A stretch of DNA of 64,000 nt from the human T2T-CHM13v2.0 reference genome, Homo sapiens: NCBI RefSeq assembly GCF_009914755.1, contig NC_060939.1. The stretch is one strand, 5' to 3'. Both the position numbers and the translations under genes were made by a program. Below, in pieces: positions 56,881-64,000 of the stretch; within the stretch, counting starts at the first letter, position 1, and every line of letters begins with the position of its first letter. Below the pieces are notes generated by a model, which saw only the letters and a list, made by a program, of their open reading frames with translations, was not told the origin of the DNA and did no database searches.

Positions 56881-58194
56881 CAGGTTTTTCCTGCATAGGG
56901 CATTATGTAAGGAATAAACAGCCCAATAACTTTAGAAATCCCGAGAGCATCATTACATCATTTCAAATAATGAGAAACATTTCATGCAATGGGAGTCTTC
57001 TTTGATTTCAAGGTCCTGTTAAGTAATTGTATACTTATTTTAAAGAAAATAGGGAGGTTTCTGATACAATTTTTAAATAACAAGCAAATCCTATTTTAAA
57101 TGATTAAAAATTGTATTAAAGGCAAATTATTTTAATACTGAAAGGTAAATTCTTATCTGGAAAATTCACTTACTTAGAACCTTGATAAAGGAAGTGCAAA
57201 ATTTTCATTTGACAAATAAAAAAGAGACAGATTCCCAAATGTATGGATTTCTTAAGAGAGCAGTGTTTGGAGGAGTGCTAGGTCCTTTCCTGAAGCCTGG
57301 GGCTTTTTGAATGAGGGGGTGAGAGGCTAGGCACACAGGCCAGGAGGAGATGCGTAAACACGGGGTGGAGATGTGTGTGGGGCTCCTGTCATTCCAGGCG
57401 CCTGCTCTCGGGCGGGCCTAGAAGCAGTGTGTGTGTCATGTTCCTGAAACCCTCAGATGGTGATTACAACCGATTACACAAAATGCCATGTTCCCTAATC
57501 ATATCACTTACATTCCTGCGAACGGCAGTGACAAGGGTTTGAAGGGAGAACATCACAGCTGTCTAATAAAAAAAGAAAATCAGATAAAGCCGACTGTTGC
57601 AGGCAGAAGATCATACACCAGCCTGCGAAGGGTGCTGGGTGCAAAGGAGTTTTGCTCTCTTTCTAACCCAGCTCTACCCCCGCCCAGTCTCCCGTTTCCA
57701 GAACCCTCAAGTCACATTGTGATGGGAGTCGTGCAGGTGTGGCGCATCCACCCGGGCTTATTTATTTATTATATGATTAGCTCATGCTCCCTGTTCTGTG
57801 AAGTGAACACTGTCACTTTGGTAAATTTAGAGCTCGTCACTGCGAGAATCTAGGCAGCTCTTGTGAATCAAAGAAAAGCACCATGAACACCCCCATCCTG
57901 TTCTTCTCCGAAGCCGCTCTAAGCTCAAGACACCAACTCTCTCTTCTGCTACTCCGTTTTTAATCTGTCTTCAAAGAGAAAGCCAACTGTCTTGAATTAA
58001 ACACGAGGCGGCAGTTCTTGAAGTCATGTGTGATGAAAGTGATTAAATAATTAATTCAAACAAAGGTGACTTCTGAGTCAGGTTGGGGGTCAGAGTGAAA
58101 AAAAGTCTTGATTTAAAGCAGCGTTTACTCGGCATGCTATGGAAAAAAATACCTAATGTGATATGAAATTGCCGGGCTGGAGACGATTAACCTG

Positions 58195-58767
58195 TCTCCC
58201 TCGCTTCCCCAGCTCCAGGCGCTTTGGCCTCTTGCTGTCCCCTGAACAGATCAAGGCTGTTTCCCCTACCCCAGGGCCTTTGGACCTTCTAGTCTCTCTG
58301 CTGGAAGTCTCTTCTCCCCAGTATTTACATGCAGATCTCTGTTCAATTGTCAGCTTCCCAGAGTCCTTGCTATAATACTGCTCTCCCTCCTCCACTTTCT
58401 AGCCTTTCCCTCCTTTTTATTTCTTTATGAGACCTTTATTGCCGGGCATTTTGCCATATATTACTTCTCTCTCTCTCTCCTTTTGTAAAGACAGGGTCTC
58501 CCTATGTTGCCCAGGCTGGTCTCAAACTCCTGGATTCAAGTGATTCTCCCTCCTCGGCCTCCCAAAGTGCTGGGATTATAGGCACAAGCCACTGCACCTG
58601 GCGTTAATTCTTTGTTTTATTGACAGTCTTCCCAACCAGAATGTAAGTAAGCTCCATGAAGACGGCGTTATATCTGTTTTTCCTGCTGCAGTATCCCTGG
58701 CACCTAGAATGGTGCTTGGCACAGAGTACATAGAAATAAGTAGCTGTTTTATAAACGAATGAATGAA
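58195..58767 (+). mobile_element. L2a 3' end interrupted by a FLAM
   Basis: ccccagggcctttggac...agaatgtaag...ctccatgaagac...gtatccctggcacctagaatggtgcttggcacagagta...gaatgaatgaa. Confidence 0.8.
58480..58602 (-). mobile_element. FLAM_C-like Alu monomer
   Basis: agacagggtctccctatgttgcccaggctggtctcaaactcctgg...gccactgcacctggc. Confidence 0.88.
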
Positions 58768-58814
58768 GGAACTACAAAGTAGAAATGCTTCAACCTTCTC
58801 TAAGATCAAAATTA

Positions 58815-59348
<534 letters not shown>

Positions 59349-61699
59349 TTATCAGAAGGCATGTATGGCTTCCATTTTGTGATGAAATGTTTCCAAGGAG
59401 GAGCCGACCTCCCCGGGTGCTCTACTGGGTGTGTATATCTGGTTTACAGCAAGTTATCTGAAGTAGACAGCTCTTGAGCCAATGTTGTGAGTATAAGTGA
59501 CAGTCATCCTGATGGAGACTAAATTATGCATGTGAGCCTGGCTATATCCAGCTGTCTGGATGCACTTGTTTGATAAATCCTTGACCTGTCACCTGTCCAA
59601 AGTGGCAAGTGTCTAAGTGGGTTTGTAATGGTAATTATTCTGAACATTTCGGTACTCCTTTCTAATCTCTGCTATCTCTAGACAACTTGTTAGATTTTTC
59701 CAAGAGCCCAATTCTGATGATAAAACTTGCAGTCCCAAACTTCTCTTAAATCAGATATTCTGACTAGTTAGATAAGGCTGAGTTGCAGAGGTAAAGAACA
59801 TTCCTCTTTCCCTTAATGAAGTCATCTGAGTGATATTTTATTTATAACACTGAGCAGCAGAACAAGCACAAAAACTTAGATAAAACAGTAATTATTCATA
59901 TGCAGAAATTAGCTGCTCATCAAAAAATGAAAACACAGGGCGCTTTGATATTTCAAAGCAACTGTCTTAATTTGAGTGGGTTTGAGAGCAGGGAACTCTG
60001 GGAGAAGCTGGAAGCCTGGACCAGACAGTAGAGGGGTATAGGCATAGATGCAAAATGTGTGAAGGGCTTTGCAAATTCAGGTGTGTTAGGGAGGTTTCAA
60101 TATAGAGGAGGCTGGGGGCAGAGCAGAATTATAAAACAGGCATTATTTCCATGGCTGGTGAGGAGGATGAGTGACAGTCTAAAGGTGGAGCCCTGGTCTT
60201 CAGGGCAGAGGTGAGGACAAGCCAGGCTTGGAGTCAGAGCCCCAGTTACCGGGAGGATGCTGGGGGCAAGGTTCTCATTCTGCGGGCTGTTGAAGTGTAA
60301 GTCAAGTCAAGGTGACTAAGGCCAGCAGTCAGTCACCTATCACTGCAGCCAGCGTGGGGTGAGGTTGGAGAGTGTAAGCTGGAGGCCATGCCCATGGAAA
60401 GTGATTATGTCTGGCTCATGGGAATCCTTGTCTCTGGACAGGCGATAATTTTAGTCTGTACCAGCTGTCAAAGCTCTTTCAACTCAGAGCAAAAATAATA
60501 CGTGTACAGATAAACTCTATTAATCAAAATAGCTGATTAAATTGGGTCTGTAGGCAACTTTTCTATGATGATTTAAAATTTTCAGTAAATATTTGTGTTT
60601 TTTTTAGTGTAGTATGACATATAATAATTAAATTATCAGATTTAGGTTTTACGTTATGGTTGTAACTACAAACACAATTAAGAGAATAGCTAAAAATTTC
60701 AAGACCAACGAATAAACTTCATTTTAACATCGCCTGTCTTTAGGAGAATTTCAAATAGAAATAGTGTGGTCGGAAGAAACCAGAAATTGTATGAATGTTA
60801 TGATATGTGTAAAGATAATTGCTGTCAATGTAAGTAATGTGGCTTTGCTGAGTAAAATAAGATGATTGCCCTCGGTTTTCCAAAACCCCCTAAAATTGCT
60901 TCTATACCACATGTAACCACATGTGGTATAAATAAAATGTGAGTCAAAGGAATGAGGAAAGATAAACATATAATTAAAAACAGCTCATAGATACTTAGGC
61001 TCATTCATTTCAATGCTGGCATCTGCAGTTTATGGAGCGGTTATAGACCCGCAATAGATCGGCGTTGACTACATGCCATAAAACACATCAATGCAGCTTA
61101 GACCCAAATTATTACACACAAACAATAAATCCATCCTGTTAGCAGGATAAATATGATAACTCTTGATAATGGTGGAAAGTGACAGAATGTGATCCCTAAG
61201 TACATAGTTTTGCATTCTTAAGAAACAAAGATTACTTTAGCCTTTGGTGACTCCTGTGACTTCTGTTCTCTTATCTGTAGTTTGAATCAAAAGAGAGATT
61301 GTGGCCTTGAAAGCCTCTATGCTGATTACTGTTTGTGAGTCTAATAAAAGACATCAGTCCAACCATTTATTTGTGCAAATGAAATCTTCATATGTTGAAG
61401 GTCAGTTTTAGTTGAAGTTATGTAACAGGCAAAAGTCAAGGCTCTTTTGCCATTAGAATTACTCGTGGAGCACATCTTTGGTATTCTACCCTTAACCTTG
61501 AATCCTGCCTTGTATGTTGTAAGAAAAATAGTAAATGGATGTCACAATATGATGATGGAGGCATCATGGCTATGAGTTTTTCTATAGGAGACAGTTATCT
61601 AAGCAGATAGGCCTCTTCTTAAACATTGTTAAGTGAAATAGTCTAATAAAATATATTGGACTGTAGATTGAGAGTTTCATGAACCATAGTCTCATTTTG

Positions 61700-61832
61700 T
61701 AGCATTAGGCGATATATCTAACGTAAATGACGAGTTAATGGGTACAGCACACCAACATGGCACATGTATACATATATAACAAACCTGCATGTTGTGCACA
61801 TGTACCTTAGAACTTAAAGTATAATAAAAAAA
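61700..61832 (+). mobile_element. L1PA (PA3-PA5-like) extreme 3' stub
   Basis: tagcattaggcgatatatctaacgtaaatgacgagttaatgggtacagcacaccaacatggcacatgtatac...agaacttaaagtataataaaaaaa. Confidence 0.93.
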
Positions 61833-62106
61833 TGAAAATAATTTTTTCACTATCATTTACATCAAAAGCCAGAGTCAATAAGTATTTTGGGGTAGACTGT
61901 CAGAGAAACTCACTTCATACACTATTGGGATAGAGAAAATATGTAGGTATCATATTTGTCTGTGTGCAAAGTGATTGGGTATTACACTTTACAAGGGCAG
62001 GAAGCAGACATTTTTAAATAATATATCACTTTTATTAGTGTTATCTTATTTTCGATAATTGACACCTTATTCTGCTTGGAAGCAAAAGTTTAATTCAAAA
62101 GGCCTA

Positions 62107-62424
<318 letters not shown>

Positions 62425-62492
62425 CTATATATATGTGTGCTGTATATGTATGCGTATGTATATGTTGCTATATAATTTTTCTCTCTGCAGAC

Positions 62493-62698
62493 TTTTTAAG
62501 CAACTTTATTGAAATGTAATATACATATAATAAAATTCACCAATTTAAAAAGACAACGTGATGAGTTGTAACAAATGCATACAGTTATGTGACCATCATC
62601 ATAATCATGAATTAGAACACTTCCATCACACCAAAACATTCCCTCATACGTCCATGTCATTAACGTCCTCCCCTTCTAGCTTGTGGCAACCACTGATA
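62493..62698 (-). mobile_element. L1ME1/L1MB8-like 3' end
   Basis: caactttattgaaatgtaat...aaaattcaccaatttaaa...agaacacttccatcacaccaaaa...ggcaaccactgat. Confidence 0.8.
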
Positions 62699-62699
62699 A

Positions 62700-63025
<326 letters not shown>

Positions 63026-63026
63026 T

Positions 63027-64000
63027 AATTTTATTTTTATTGTATATATTTAAGGTGTACAACATGACGTCCTGATATACATATACATAGTTAAACGCTT
63101 ACTATAGTCAAGCCAATTAACCAATCCATCATCTCACATAGTTACCTTTCTTCATTTTTTTCTGTTTTTGGTAAGAGTGCCTAAAATCTGCTCTCTTAAC
63201 AAATTTCCAGTGCATAATACAATATTATTAACTATAGTCCTCATGCTGTATATTAGACATCTAGACTTACTCATCCTACATAACTGCAACTTTGCACTCT
63301 TTGACCTATGCCTCCCCATTTCCCACCTTCCCTATCTCTGGTAATCATCATTCCACTCACTGTTTCTATATATTTTACTTTCCTAGATGCCACATGTAAA
63401 AGTGATCATGCAGTACTTTTCTTTCTGTACATGGCTTATTTCACTCAGTATAATGTCCTCCAGATTCATCCATGTGGTTACGAAAAGAAGGATCTTTTTC
63501 GGAGGCTGAATAATATTCTGTTTATATATATATGTGATATATGTGATGTATACGTATATATGTGTATATATGTGATATATAGGTATATAAATCTATGCAT
63601 ATATGTGTGATATATATGTGTATATGTGATATATGTATACACATACATGTATGTTTGTATGTATATATGCGATATATAATATTCTGTTATATATGTGATA
63701 TGTGTGATATATATAAACAGAATATTATTCAGCCTCAAAAAAGATTCTTCTATTTTTGTAATATATTATATATATATATTATATATATATATATATATAT
63801 ATCACAATTTCTTTACCCAATCATCTGTAGATGGACACTAAGGCTGTTTCCATATCTTGGCTATTGTAAATAATGCTGCAATGAACATGAAAGTGCAGAT
63901 ATCTCTATGAGGTGCTGATCTAATTTCCTTTGGGTGTATATCCAGAAAAGGGATTGCCATGGATTGGTGGGTCGTATGGTAGTTTGGCCCATTTTTTTGA
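63027..64000 (-). mobile_element. L1MA (MA6-MA8-like) 3' region, interrupted by a TA-rich insert
   Basis: ttgtatatatttaaggtgtacaacatga...tctcacatagttacc...ttaactatagtcctcatgctgta; resumes ...ctattgtaaataatgctgcaatgaacatga. Confidence 0.92.
63522..63801. repeat. (TA)/(TATG)-rich low-complexity tract containing an inverted duplication
   Basis: Degenerate tatatgtga units flanked by 30-bp perfect inverted arms, followed by (ta)n. Confidence 0.85.

Overview
Primate (human-like) non-coding genomic DNA, AT-rich overall. I find no intact protein-coding gene, tRNA, rRNA or CRISPR array. Supported content: (1) an apparently orphan CpG island at ~2.7-4.5 kb; (2) a full-length, disabled processed pseudogene of PGAM1 on the minus strand (~27.24-28.98 kb); (3) a disabled processed pseudogene of RPL31 on the plus strand (~34.75-35.18 kb); (4) about 20 Alu/FLAM/FRAM elements (J and S types, no clear AluY), several L1 fragments, L2, MIR, MaLR/ERVL LTRs, MER5/MER91 remnants and microsatellites; (5) long repeat-free blocks with homeodomain and nuclear-receptor motifs and local CpG retention, which look like developmental enhancers. 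From memory, this pseudogene pair next to an orphan CpG island fits the gene desert distal to NR2F2 (human 15q26.2); I cannot verify that here. I do not see a new gene system. The most interesting signals are a DR1/NR5A nuclear-receptor motif cluster at ~53.1 kb, three small inverted-duplication (template-switch-like) scars, a likely deletion junction between inverted Alus, a 188-bp tandem duplication and a short Alu derivative. Repeat subfamily calls and boundaries are by eye and approximate.
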